Shown in pieces: positions 36,719 to 46,771 of a DNA stretch of 64,000 nucleotides. The notes beneath the pieces are model-generated. The model made no database searches, was not told the origin of the DNA, and saw nothing but the letters and a program-made list of their open reading frames with translations. The translations under genes and the position numbers were made by a program. Origin of the DNA: an uncultured Armatimonadetes bacterium (lineage in GTDB: Bacteria; Armatimonadota; UBA5829; DTJY01); contig OY970325.1 of the NCBI GenBank assembly GCA_963717145.1, forward strand, positions 5,152,001 to 5,216,000, written 5' to 3'. The stretch's first letter is position 1. Each line of letters opens with the position of its first letter.

Positions 36719-39700
36719 CTACTGAACCACCGCTTCATACCCCACCTTGAGCGTGACCGGGCCGAGGAGGCCGGAGGGAAGCAGCGGATCGTCCTTCTTC
36801 CACATCCGCCAACTCGTGAAGGTGAGGCGTCCGGTCGGACTCGGCTTGCCCTCACTGAGCCATGCCGGCCACGACTTGAGCGTGCCGTTCGGATTCCGGT
36901 CGCTGTCCTCGGGAAGCTGCTCGTCGCCGATCATGCGGTTGATGGGCAGGTTTGTCACCTTAACATAGATCTCGTTCGGTCCGGACTCGAGCGCGTCCGT
37001 CACTTCGAGGCTGAACGGTGGCTTCCAGAGCACGCCGAGACTCTTGCCGTTGAGCTTCACCTCTGCGATGACCTTCACGTCCCCGAGGTCGAGGTGGACG
37101 ATATGGCCATCCAGGAACATGAAGCTCGGCGCGTCGAAGGTCGTCCGGTAGGTCGCCGTGCCCGAGAAGAGCTTCACGCTCGGATCAGCGTGCTCGCTCC
37201 ACGAGATCAGTCGATCGAGGCTGATGCTCGGCGGTGCGCCGTGGCCCTCGGGGAAGCGGACCTCCCACGGGCCGCCGATCTCGGTGCGCTTCGGGAGAGC
37301 GGGAACGCGTACCTCCGCCTTCTTGCCATCCGAGCCGGTGACCGTGAACGTCCCGCGCTCCCAGGCGGTCATCGTCAGACGTCCGCCGTCGTTCCGCAAC
37401 TCGCACGCGGGCGATGACTTCGGGCCGGCGCTGAGACTGATGGTCTCGGGGTCAGTCCCCCTGGCGGTGAAATCCTTCCCTTCGGAAGTGTAGTCGATGA
37501 TGAGCGTCTTGACGATCCCGAACGCCGGGTCGTCGCCGGCTGCCATGTCGGACACCCGGAAGCTGTACTCGCCCGCCTCGATCTTGGCCTGGACCCTCCC
37601 CATCACATCACGAGTGCGAGCCGGATCGTCGAGGATGCCGTAGACTGCCTTGCGGACGGTGATCTTCCGGGGCGACTCCGGCATCGACGAGAGCACCTGC
37701 CTGCCGTTCAGTGTTACTGATGTGATCGGGTTCGATGCGGCCTCCTTGCGGAATACAACGAACACCGATCCGCTCGGGCCGAGAGGGAGGAGGACGTTGG
37801 TCGCGCCGCTCTTCTCCTGATAGACCGCCGCCCGCTCGATCCGACCTGAGTCCGGCCACCACAGCTCGGGGACCTTCCCGTTGACTCGGAATGAGCAGAC
37901 GGCCGAGGTCGCGAACGCCTGCTGGTTCGAGACGAAGTAGATGTCAGTGGCGCCAACTACACGGTGGATGTAGCGCAACTGCTCCGTGCTGCGGAAGTCC
38001 TGCTGGACGCCGGAATCCGCAAGGACCTTCTCCGCCGGAATCCCCCAGATGACGCGGCCCTTGCCGACACGACGCTGCCCGATCACGGAATCGCCCCACA
38101 ACTCGGCGGCGATCTGTTTCACTTCCTCATCGCACGTCGGGTAGTTGTTCAGGCTCGGCGACCGCTCGGGCGGCGGGCCGACGATGGTCGCACCGGCTTC
38201 CACCAGTTGCTTGATCTTGCGAAGTAGTCGGGGAGTCATCACCTTCGAATCGGAGAGCGCCAGAACCCGGTAGCTCATCCCGTCCGGCAGAACGATCCGC
38301 CCGTTCTTGACCGACATCCGATCGAGCACTACCTCCGCGCTCGCTTCGTCCCATTCATATCCCTTGCGATCGAGGCCGCGGAATGACTGGGGGGGAGCTT
38401 CGTTCTGCAGGTAGCAGATGTCCGCGACGAAGAGCCCCTGCCGCAGCATGTACTGGCAGCGGGAGAGATACTCGTGCCAGGCGGGCGTCTGCTCCCACCA
38501 CGTGTTCGTGCGCTCGTAGTGGAGTCCCCACGGGCCCATCGTCATGCCGGGGACTCGCTCCGGCGTGACCCATGGCTGCATCGCATAGCGGTGGAAGACA
38601 AATCTGTTGATCCCCTCGCAGAACGCGCGGTCGCCGAGCGCCTTGACCGAGCCGGGATCCTCCGTCCATCGCTCCCGGCTGTCCGCCGTGAATGCCTCCG
38701 CGCCGATGATCGGCTTCCCAAAGACGTGCCCGGCGCTTGCCATTCCCTTGCACGTTTCCATCGCGCCGCCGCCCCACCAGAACTCGCCCATCGGTTCGTC
38801 GGCCTTCCCCGCGTAAGGGATGTTGTCACACGGACTCCCGTATGCCTCGCAGGTGAACCGCATTCCGACCTCGCGCGCCAAGTCCCTCATGTGGCCCGCG
38901 TAGTTCTCGACCACAAGCTCGGAGATCGTCCGCCTGAGGTCCCACAGGAAGCGCTCCGAGACCTCGAGGCTGCCGACCACGCGGCCGGTCATTACCGGCA
39001 GGTAGGGCATCATATCGTAACCCCGCCGCTTCCGGAACTCTTCGCGCATGAGTGCCGTCCAGTTCTGCGAGCCGATCTCCCAGCTATCGATGTGTGTGGC
39101 CATAAGTCCACGATCTTGAGGTGTGACTGGACTTCCTACACGGAGATCATCCCTATCCGCTGCCAACTTCGACATCATGCCGTCGAAGTTCGCCTCGATG
39201 CCCTCTTTGCTCAACTTGTCGCATTCGAGGCCACGCCCGCTATCGTGCGCCGGACCGTTCTGCGCGCCGGTGCTCGTGTGACCGAACCTGATGACCGTCC
39301 ACTTGCCCGCCGGAACGTCCCACACCAGACGCCCGGTCGAATCCATCTTCGGCGTGAGATCGACGATCTTGTCCTGCCCGATGATCGCGTCCGGCGACAA
39401 CTTGTCCGCCGCCGGACCTCCGCTCCCCGGGCTGTTCGGACCGCCCCAGTAACCCGCCTTCGACTCGATGCCTGGTATGCGATATGAGCCCGGGGTGGGG
39501 AATGCCTGCACGGAGATGTCCTTGTAGTATCCTGCGACCGCCTTGGGCTGAGGGAGGATGCCGTCGAACTGCTTAGCCCCAGCAACCTCGGTCTCGGTCC
39601 AGACGACCTTCTGCATCGACTGCTCGGGCTTGATCCACGGACCGCCGCTCCCGTTCCAGCCCGCGTCGTTGTTCATATTGACCTCGAGGCCCAGGCGCTC

Positions 39701-40009
39701 TGCCTCAGAGACGACGTGCTTGAAGAGGTCCCGCCACTGGTCACTCATGAAGGGAACAGGCCCGAGCGGCGCGCCCTGATCGACCTCCATGATGAGGACG
39801 CCGCCGATCCCGACGCGCGCCATCGCCTCCAGGTCGGCGGTGATGCCTTCCCTGGTGATGTTGCCGTTCAGCCAGAACCAGTAGACCCACGGCCGCGCCT
39901 CGGGTGGGGGAGTCTTGAAGTCCGCCTCCATGCTCCCGGCGGCGGGGAGTACGATGCTGCAGAGGATCAGCGCGATTATCAGGAACAAGCCAGGTCGAAG
40001 GTATCTCAT
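36719..40009 (-). CDS. Alpha-L-rhamnosidase-like, GH106, secreted
   Basis: PWVYWFWLNGN..EGITADLEAM, GWNGSGGPW, HIDSWE, PMGEFW, GINRFVFH, LLPSGLLGPV. Confidence 0.9.
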   Translation of the reverse strand: MRYLRPGLFLIIALILCSIVLPAAGSMEADFKTPPPEARPWVYWFWLNGNITREGITADLEAMARVGIGGVLIMEVDQGAPLGPVPFMSDQWRDLFKHVVSEAERLGLEVNMNNDAGWNGSGGPWIKPEQSMQKVVWTETEVAGAKQFDGILPQPKAVAGYYKDISVQAFPTPGSYRIPGIESKAGYWGGPNSPGSGGPAADKLSPDAIIGQDKIVDLTPKMDSTGRLVWDVPAGKWTVIRFGHTSTGAQNGPAHDSGRGLECDKLSKEGIEANFDGMMSKLAADRDDLRVGSPVTPQDRGLMATHIDSWEIGSQNWTALMREEFRKRRGYDMMPYLPVMTGRVVGSLEVSERFLWDLRRTISELVVENYAGHMRDLAREVGMRFTCEAYGSPCDNIPYAGKADEPMGEFWWGGGAMETCKGMASAGHVFGKPIIGAEAFTADSRERWTEDPGSVKALGDRAFCEGINRFVFHRYAMQPWVTPERVPGMTMGPWGLHYERTNTWWEQTPAWHEYLSRCQYMLRQGLFVADICYLQNEAPPQSFRGLDRKGYEWDEASAEVVLDRMSVKNGRIVLPDGMSYRVLALSDSKVMTPRLLRKIKQLVEAGATIVGPPPERSPSLNNYPTCDEEVKQIAAELWGDSVIGQRRVGKGRVIWGIPAEKVLADSGVQQDFRSTEQLRYIHRVVGATDIYFVSNQQAFATSAVCSFRVNGKVPELWWPDSGRIERAAVYQEKSGATNVLLPLGPSGSVFVVFRKEAASNPITSVTLNGRQVLSSMPESPRKITVRKAVYGILDDPARTRDVMGRVQAKIEAGEYSFRVSDMAAGDDPAFGIVKTLIIDYTSEGKDFTARGTDPETISLSAGPKSSPACELRNDGGRLTMTAWERGTFTVTGSDGKKAEVRVPALPKRTEIGGPWEVRFPEGHGAPPSISLDRLISWSEHADPSVKLFSGTATYRTTFDAPSFMFLDGHIVHLDLGDVKVIAEVKLNGKSLGVLWKPPFSLEVTDALESGPNEIYVKVTNLPINRMIGDEQLPEDSDRNPNGTLKSWPAWLSEGKPSPTGRLTFTSWRMWKKDDPLLPSGLLGPVTLKVGYEAVVQ

Positions 40010-40173
40010 CTCAGGGCCTCCATCGATCAGTCGGTAGGTTCGACTGCGATTGTACAACGAGTGGCCGGTGGGAGGCAAGGATACTGGAGTTTCTGCTCGA
40101 TTGTCGAGGGGTGAGCGCCCGACTATCTTCTTCCACGACCCCGGCTACCCGATGTCAAGACGGAGATCTGCTG

Positions 40174-40205
40174 AAAAGGGCAGGGAGACGTTTCTCCCTG
40201 CCCTT
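40174..40205 (-). terminator. Intrinsic terminator
   Basis: AAGGGCAGGGAGA-cgtt-TCTCCCTGCCCTT hairpin with a T run on the minus strand, 35 bp past the stop at 40241. Confidence 0.75.
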
Positions 40206-40240
40206 GGTGTTACTATGATGCGCCGCATTTCGGCGGTCAA

Positions 40241-43200
40241 CTAGTTGACCTGTTGGAACCTCACGGCATCGGCGATCACGACCTTGGTGGTCGAGCCGGT
40301 GCCGTTCCCCAGCCTGATGAAGCCGGCGGTACCCACGGCCATGCTCCTGTTGGTGAGCAGGCTCCTCCACATGCCGCCGTTGATCGACTGGTTGGCGTTC
40401 ACCGTCTGCGAGCCGCCGTTCCACTGGCAGAAATACGGCGCGTTCGTCGCCCTGTTCGAGCCCGCAGACCACCAGGCGTAGAGGTCATATCCTCCCGCAT
40501 TTGCGATGGTCGGCGTGAACTTGGCGGTCCTACCGGTTGTCACAGCCGTGGTGGCGAATCGGTAGTCGGCGCCATACTTCTCCGTCGCCGTCGTGCCGGT
40601 ACTCCAAGTGCCGACGTAGACTGCAGCCGGGTTGTCGATGATGATCTCAGCCATGCTTCCTGGTGGTGTGGTCGCTATTGCAGGCGCACTGTGCGCAGAC
40701 TCGTTGCTGCGAGCATCGTAGGCCGACACTTCGTATGTATACGTTGTGTTCGGCAAGCAGGTTATATCGCTGTAGGTCGCATCCCCGGAAGTCCCTATCT
40801 GGCTGGAGTTCCGGAAGACCTTGTAGCCCGTCACGCCTGCGTTATCCGTTGAGGCGGTCCAAGTCAGGTCGATCCGGGTCGAAGAGATGGGAGTCGCCGA
40901 TAGATTGGTCGGAACGGTCGGGGCCTGCCCGTCCCAGGTGGTCGTGCCGGCCGGAGTGCTCTGGGCCGACTCATTGCTCATGGCGTCATAGGCCGTGACC
41001 TTGTAGGTGTAGGTCGTATACTGCGTCAGTCCCGGGTCCGAGAACGAGGTTGTCGGGCTAGTGCCGACTTCGACATCGTTCCGGAAGATCCGGTAGCCGG
41101 TGACTGCGACGTTGTCGGTCGAGGCTGTCCACGTCAGGTTGATCTGGCTGCTCGACACGGCGGTTGCCGCCAGGTTCGTCGGCACGGTGGGAGGCTCGGT
41201 GTCCGGCCCGCCGCCGACCTGGAAGAATCTCGCGGCGTCTGCCATAACCACCAGGCTTGTCTGACCTGTGGCATTCCCGAGCTTCAGGTAGCCTGCGGTG
41301 CCCGTCACGAACGGCTTATTGCTGACCAGTACGTGCCAGGTTCCACCGCCGGACTGCTGGTTCATGTTGACCTGCTGACTTCCACCGTTCCAATACACGA
41401 TGTACGGAGCGGCAGTCGCGCGGTTCGCGCCCTGAGGATACCAGCAGGACACGTCGTAGTTGCCTGCAAGCGCGATATTGGGCCTCCACTGCGCAGTGCC
41501 GGTCTCGCCGGTCTGACCCGTGATGAAGCGGTAGTCAGCGCCGTACTTATCGCCCGACGACGTACCGGTGCTCCAGCTTCCGGTGAAGGTTGCCTGCGGG
41601 TTGTCAATGATCAAGTCCGCGCCGCCCCCCGCGGGAGTCGTCACAACGTCTGCAGCGCTCTGAGCGGAGTTGTTCCCCGCAGCATCATATGCGCTCACCG
41701 TGTAGCTGTACGTCGTGTTCGGTGAGCAGGTCGGATCAGAGTAGCTCGTCGTTGCGCTTGTGTCTATCTGGACGCTGTCTCGGAAGATCTTGTACCCGGT
41801 CACTCCGACGTTGTCGGTCGAGGCAGTCCATGTCAGGTCCACCTGTGTCGCCGACACAGCGGTGGCCGACAGGTTGGTCGGAACGCTCGGAGGAGTCGTG
41901 TCAGGTGTCCCGCCGAGCGCGATGTCTCGGACGTACATGTTGCCGGTCACTTCTCCGATCATCAGGTAGACCGTCCTCACGCTATTCGGATATCCGGTCT
42001 TACTTACCGTAACCGTGTAGGTCCCTGAAGTGAGATCGATGAAAGCATAAAACCCGGTGCCGTCCGTAAGCATCGAGCGGTTCTCCGGACCGGTGAGGGA
42101 CACTGTTGCGCCGTCGATCCACTTTGTGGTCGCCGCGTCGGTGACCGTGCCGCTGATATGTCCCTCTGTTGGATTCGTCTTCCAGGGCATATCCGGGATG
42201 TCGTCCCAGGTCGGCGTCACCTGTGCGACCAGCGTCGGGCTAAATCCGGCCCAAGTTCCACTCTCGTAGGGGACGCGGTACGAGTAACCGGAGAATCCCG
42301 TCGCATAGTGTCCGGCAGGCGAGGCTGTGCGCGTCTGCTGGATTTCGAGAATCGCGTTCGACAGGGAATTGAGGTAGATTCCCGGGCCGATGATCGCCTG
42401 CCGATTGAACTGACGGTCCTTGATGAAGTTGATCCATCTCGTCCAGTCGGAGGGCGATGACGCGTAGTCGTAGTAGGTCATCGGAATCGAGAGATCCACG
42501 ATGCCTTCCTGCATCATGGCGTCCCAGTCGCAAAACACGCCGTCGGTGCGGTTTCCGTATGGACGGGTGGCCTGGAACGCGGCCCTCGTGGATGCAGTCG
42601 GCGACGGGTTCCAAGTGACGAACGAACCGGACACCTTCACACTCGGTTTCGAGGCCTGTACTTTCGCATAAACTTTGCGGACGAGATTGCTGACCTGGTC
42701 TCGTCTCCACTGATCGAACTGGTCGTTTGTAGAGGAAGGCTGCCCGCTCAGACCGTAGCGCGCGTTGTACCGGGCGATGCTGGTGGGATTGTAGCCCTCG
42801 TTGCCTCCTGTGAAACGGATGTAGTCGAAGTGGATGCCGTCCAGGTCGAAGTTGTTCACCAGGTCCATGGCGACGTTGACGGTGTAATCTTCGGCGAGAG
42901 GATGGCCGGGATCGAACGCCTTGTCCGCCGTCTCCGCGCCGGCTGAGGTGCGCGACGGCCAGTAGTTGTCGAGATTGATGAGGCTGCCGGTCGGTGTGTC
43001 GCTGTGAGCGGCGTATACAGCACCGCCGGATGTGCGGAACGTGACCATCCATGCATGGACCTCGATCCGCTTCTTGCCCCCGGTGGTATCGTGGGCCGCG
43101 TCTATGACGGCTTGCACTGAGTTGAACTGCGCGGGGCTCAAGCCACTCATATACGGCTCACCCATCGAGGATGGGTAGTTCGCGTCGCAGTTCCGACGCA

Positions 43201-43432
43201 CCTGCACGATCACCGTGTTGCAGTTTGCCTGGCGAATCTGGCCGAGGCTGCTTCCATTGCCCGCAACTCCGAGGAGCGTGTCTACCTGGGCCTGGCTGAG
43301 GACACCCGCTCCCCAGGCATCTACCCAGAAAGCCCTGTACTCGGCTGCTGATGCCACCGACATACAGCCCGTGACCATTACGGCCACCACGAAAACCAAG
43401 AGAATCCCGAGACGTGATGTGGTGCTGGACAT
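40241..43432 (-). CDS. Secreted GHL10 (YddW/DUF187-like) hydrolase with carboxypeptidase-regulatory-like, three FN3 and two golvesin-like domains
   Basis: EYRAFWVDAW, IEVHAW, DGIHFDYIR; three PTVPTNL..WTASTDN repeats; two IIDN..ADA(A/V)RF modules. Confidence 0.85.
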   Translation of the reverse strand: MSSTTSRLGILLVFVVAVMVTGCMSVASAAEYRAFWVDAWGAGVLSQAQVDTLLGVAGNGSSLGQIRQANCNTVIVQVRRNCDANYPSSMGEPYMSGLSPAQFNSVQAVIDAAHDTTGGKKRIEVHAWMVTFRTSGGAVYAAHSDTPTGSLINLDNYWPSRTSAGAETADKAFDPGHPLAEDYTVNVAMDLVNNFDLDGIHFDYIRFTGGNEGYNPTSIARYNARYGLSGQPSSTNDQFDQWRRDQVSNLVRKVYAKVQASKPSVKVSGSFVTWNPSPTASTRAAFQATRPYGNRTDGVFCDWDAMMQEGIVDLSIPMTYYDYASSPSDWTRWINFIKDRQFNRQAIIGPGIYLNSLSNAILEIQQTRTASPAGHYATGFSGYSYRVPYESGTWAGFSPTLVAQVTPTWDDIPDMPWKTNPTEGHISGTVTDAATTKWIDGATVSLTGPENRSMLTDGTGFYAFIDLTSGTYTVTVSKTGYPNSVRTVYLMIGEVTGNMYVRDIALGGTPDTTPPSVPTNLSATAVSATQVDLTWTASTDNVGVTGYKIFRDSVQIDTSATTSYSDPTCSPNTTYSYTVSAYDAAGNNSAQSAADVVTTPAGGGADLIIDNPQATFTGSWSTGTSSGDKYGADYRFITGQTGETGTAQWRPNIALAGNYDVSCWYPQGANRATAAPYIVYWNGGSQQVNMNQQSGGGTWHVLVSNKPFVTGTAGYLKLGNATGQTSLVVMADAARFFQVGGGPDTEPPTVPTNLAATAVSSSQINLTWTASTDNVAVTGYRIFRNDVEVGTSPTTSFSDPGLTQYTTYTYKVTAYDAMSNESAQSTPAGTTTWDGQAPTVPTNLSATPISSTRIDLTWTASTDNAGVTGYKVFRNSSQIGTSGDATYSDITCLPNTTYTYEVSAYDARSNESAHSAPAIATTPPGSMAEIIIDNPAAVYVGTWSTGTTATEKYGADYRFATTAVTTGRTAKFTPTIANAGGYDLYAWWSAGSNRATNAPYFCQWNGGSQTVNANQSINGGMWRSLLTNRSMAVGTAGFIRLGNGTGSTTKVVIADAVRFQQVN

Positions 43433-43525
43433 TACCTTACCCTTTCGCGTTCTAGTCCGAGGGAGCAAGTCGACGCCCAGCAGAAGGTGGCGTTCTGCGG
43501 AGTTGACCATCTTCCTCTGGGCATG

Positions 43526-43554
43526 ATTCTATGCTATATTGCTGAGGAGGTCAA
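43526..43554 (-). promoter_or_regulatory. Sigma70 promoter for the 43432 gene
   Basis: TTGACC-17 nt-TAGAAT. Confidence 0.7.
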
Positions 43555-43622
43555 CATGTTTGTGCAAAATTCACGTATTATTTCCTCTTTCCCGGTCCGG
43601 CATCAACCATCAACCATTTCCC

Positions 43623-44471
43623 TCATCCTTTCAAGCCCGTCATCGCGATGCCTTCGGTGATGCGCTTCTGGAAGACGAGGAACGCGAGGATGATCGGGAC
43701 GGTGCAGACGGCGGCCGCCGCCATCGTGAGGCCGAACTCCTGCGTGTATCGGCCCTGGAAGATCATGATGCCGATCGGGAGGGTCCGGAGGTTGATGTCG
43801 TTCGTGATGATCAGCGGCCAGGCGAAATCGTTCCACGAGCCGATGAACGTGAAGATCGCAAGTGCCGCGAGCGCCGGTTTCGCAAGCGGGAGGATCACCT
43901 TCCAGTAGATCGTGATCGGGCTCGCGCCGTCCATGAACGCGGCCTCCTCCAGCTCGACCGGTATCTGCATGAAGAACTGCCTCAGCAGGAAGACTCCGAA
44001 TCCGCCCGCGAGCCCGGGGATGATCAGCCCGTAGTAGCTGTTGAACCATCCGAGCTTCTGCACGATCAGGAACACGGGGATGAGCGTGATCTGCGCCGGG
44101 ATGATCATCGTGGCGACGACGATCATGAACCCCAGCTCCCGGCCCTTGAATTCCAGGCGGGCGAACGCATAGGCCGCGGTGCTCGCGATGAGCAGGACGA
44201 GGCCGGTCACCATCGAGGAGACGAAGATGCTGTTCCAGAGCCATCGGAAGACCGGGAAGTCCTTGGCCTGGGTGAAGAGGCCGACGAAGTTCTCGGTCGT
44301 GGCGGGGTGGGGGATCCACTGGGGCACGGCGCTCAGAACGGCGGACTCGTGCTTGAGGGATGTGGAGAGCATCCACACGATCGGCGCGAGCATCGTGATC
44401 GCCCCCAGGGTCATGATCCCCTGGGCGATCAGGTGTCTTACCGGTACAGGTTTTCGTCGTCTTGTTGCCAT
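43623..44471 (-). CDS. Carbohydrate ABC permease (MalG-type)
   Basis: ELEEAAFMDGA, WNDFAWP, GIAMTGLKG. Confidence 0.92.
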   Translation of the reverse strand: MATRRRKPVPVRHLIAQGIMTLGAITMLAPIVWMLSTSLKHESAVLSAVPQWIPHPATTENFVGLFTQAKDFPVFRWLWNSIFVSSMVTGLVLLIASTAAYAFARLEFKGRELGFMIVVATMIIPAQITLIPVFLIVQKLGWFNSYYGLIIPGLAGGFGVFLLRQFFMQIPVELEEAAFMDGASPITIYWKVILPLAKPALAALAIFTFIGSWNDFAWPLIITNDINLRTLPIGIMIFQGRYTQEFGLTMAAAAVCTVPIILAFLVFQKRITEGIAMTGLKG

Positions 44472-44495
44472 AGGTTATCTGTGCAATCCATGATT

Positions 44496-45158
44496 CTATT
44501 CGTTGCTGGCCGGCTCCATCTGCTTCTCACAGTATCTGGCAAACCACGCTGCATACCTTTCGGCGGCCTTAGCGTTCTTGTCGAACGTGTTCCGTCGGTC
44601 AACGTGATGGCCAATCTCATGCAACAACACATCTCTGAGGTAGAAATCCCGCAGAGATTCCATCGTGAAAGTGAACACCCAGCCGTTACGATCCTGACGG
44701 TACGAGGCACCGACCCTTTCATATTCCTGAACAACGTGTGGCGGCGGAAGTCTCTTGTGCCGCTCGACAAGAAGCTTCTTCGGGAATGCACTCAGGTAGA
44801 TTCGGGTATGTACGTAGCGTCCATAGCAAGCGAGTTCCCCGAGCGCCACCTTGTGCTGCTTTGCAGTTCCTCCCAGAAGGTGAACGCCCTCCAGACCTTT
44901 CAGGTACTCCACCGGAACGCGGCACAGGGTGTCGTACACATCCTGCGGCGTAACCGGTGACACGAACAGATGGTGAACACCGTGCTGAAAGATAGGGATT
45001 CGCTCGTCACCGAACTCCAGAATCAGAGACGGCCGCACTGATGGCGGCAGGGCCTCGATCTCGCCATCCAACGGATCGAACTCCCGCCAGTTCGTATACT
45101 TGCTCTCTGAGTACATATTGGAGCGCGTTCCGCTGCCTCGTTTGGGCCCGCGTGACAT
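44496..45158 (-). CDS. Hypothetical HExxH zinc-metallopeptidase-like protein
   Basis: VLLHEIGHH...AERYA; start chosen at ATG 45158 with GGAGAG RBS. Confidence 0.6.
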   Translation of the reverse strand: MSRGPKRGSGTRSNMYSESKYTNWREFDPLDGEIEALPPSVRPSLILEFGDERIPIFQHGVHHLFVSPVTPQDVYDTLCRVPVEYLKGLEGVHLLGGTAKQHKVALGELACYGRYVHTRIYLSAFPKKLLVERHKRLPPPHVVQEYERVGASYRQDRNGWVFTFTMESLRDFYLRDVLLHEIGHHVDRRNTFDKNAKAAERYAAWFARYCEKQMEPASNE

Positions 45159-45187
45159 GTCACCACTCTCCCCAGCCGTGCATATGC

Positions 45188-45682
45188 TCAGTACAAAAAC
45201 GGAATCAGTTTGCATGCCCGGCGCTGATATGCGGCGTAGCCCGGGAACTTGTCTTTCAGCCAATGCTCCTCACGGCGCGACTTGATATCAAAGAAGACGA
45301 ACAGCAGCACCGCATACCCGATCGTCAGCCATCCATTGACGAGCAGCGCCCATCCCAAAGCGATCAGGATTCCGCCGCTGTAGATCGGATGGCGCACGAA
45401 CCGATACGGACCGGTCTGCACCAGGACCGCGCCCTCCCTGGGATAGGGCATTGGCGTCAGACTCCTCGATCCAAGGCTGAACATCCCGGCAGCCAGTAGG
45501 AGCGCGCCGATTGCCATCAGCACAGCGCCGACGACGGATGCCGCCCGCGCGTAGGTCGAGGGCCACACCGGCCACCCCGGTAGTGTCCGAGGGCCGAAGA
45601 ACACCAGCGCCATCAAGGCGAGCTGCCCGATCACGTACCACTCGCCGTGTTTTCCCTTCCACCATGGACTTTGTGATTCCAT
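45188..45682 (-). CDS. Isoprenylcysteine carboxyl methyltransferase (ICMT/PEMT) family membrane protein
   Basis: LVQTGPYRFVRHPIYSG, EEHWL, YAAYQ..LIPFLY. Confidence 0.88.
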   Translation of the reverse strand: MESQSPWWKGKHGEWYVIGQLALMALVFFGPRTLPGWPVWPSTYARAASVVGAVLMAIGALLLAAGMFSLGSRSLTPMPYPREGAVLVQTGPYRFVRHPIYSGGILIALGWALLVNGWLTIGYAVLLFVFFDIKSRREEHWLKDKFPGYAAYQRRACKLIPFLY

Positions 45683-45705
45683 ACTCCCCCTCCATGCTCG
45701 GGAGA

Positions 45706-45850
45706 TTCGAAGCTCGAAGCACGAAATACGAAACAACAAGGCAAATGGGAAAAAGGGCAAATCCGAAAACCATCCGGCGGAGGCTCGTTTGCCTTTCTGC
45801 TTCTTCAGTCATTGGAAGTTTGTTTCGGATTTCGAGTTTCGAGTTTCGTG
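45706..45850. repeat. Two inverted arrays of TTTCGAG/CTCGAAA-type heptamers around a ~90-bp spacer
   Basis: 45706-45733 (ttcgaag ctcgaag cacgaaa tacgaaa) and 45823-45850 (tttcgga tttcgag tttcgag tttcgtg). Confidence 0.75.
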
Positions 45851-45862
45851 CTTCTCCCCTGG

Positions 45863-46771
45863 TCACGTCCTCTTGAACGACAAGAGCTTGAATTGCAGGA
45901 TCGTGAATACCAGCACCGCCGCGAAGAGGACATATCCCACCGCCGCCGCGTATCCGAGCTGGTAGAGACCGAATCCCTGCTGATACATATATAGAATGAC
46001 GGTCAGCGTTGAGTAATACGGACCGCCGCCGGTGAGTATATAAGTTTGCCCGAAGACCTGCGACGAGCCGATCACCGACATCACCAGGCAGAAAAGCATC
46101 GTCGGGCGGATCAGCGGTACGGTGACGTTCCAGAACCTCTGCATCGAGGTCGCGCCGTCGATCTCCGCCGCCTCCAGGAGTTCCCTCGGCACGTTCTTCA
46201 GGCCGGCGAGGTAGATCAGCATGTTTCCGCCCGCTCCCCACCAGACCGAGAGGAGCGCGATCGCCGGCATCGCGGTCGATGTGCTCCGAAGCCAGCCGAC
46301 CTCCCAGTTGCCGGAGAAGATGCTCGGCGCGATCGAGTGGAACATGCCACCCATCCGCGCCAGGTAGTAGTTCAGCAGGCCGAAATCCGAGCTGTAGAGC
46401 CACCGCCAGAGGATTGCCGTCACCGAGACCGACGTGAGCACGGGCAGGTAGTAGGCGACCTTGTAGATCGTCGTGCCCCGGTAGTTCTGGTTGAGGCCGA
46501 CCGCCATAAGCAGGGAGAGCGCATTCCCCGCCGGGACGACCATGATGACGAAGAACGCGGTTCTCAGGGCGGCAGTCCGGAACAAGTCGTCCTTCAGGAC
46601 ATCTGCATAGTTGCCGAATCCGATGAACTCCGGCCTGGGTGCCAGGATGTACCACTTGTGCAGGCTGATGAAGAAGCCATAGAGCACCGGCGCGACTACG
46701 AACACCAGGAAGAGCGTGGTGTATGGCAGCAGGAACATTGCGGCGTATTTGTTTCGGTTCCAGAGCTTCAT
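45863..46771 (-). CDS. Carbohydrate ABC permease (MalF-type)
   Basis: FIGFGNY, ELLEAAEIDGA, LTGGGP. Confidence 0.92.
   Translation of the reverse strand: MKLWNRNKYAAMFLLPYTTLFLVFVVAPVLYGFFISLHKWYILAPRPEFIGFGNYADVLKDDLFRTAALRTAFFVIMVVPAGNALSLLMAVGLNQNYRGTTIYKVAYYLPVLTSVSVTAILWRWLYSSDFGLLNYYLARMGGMFHSIAPSIFSGNWEVGWLRSTSTAMPAIALLSVWWGAGGNMLIYLAGLKNVPRELLEAAEIDGATSMQRFWNVTVPLIRPTMLFCLVMSVIGSSQVFGQTYILTGGGPYYSTLTVILYMYQQGFGLYQLGYAAAVGYVLFAAVLVFTILQFKLLSFKRT

Noticed and set aside
43433-43525. Riboswitch in the leader of the GHL10 gene
   Set aside because: No recognisable c-di-GMP or other aptamer consensus by eye
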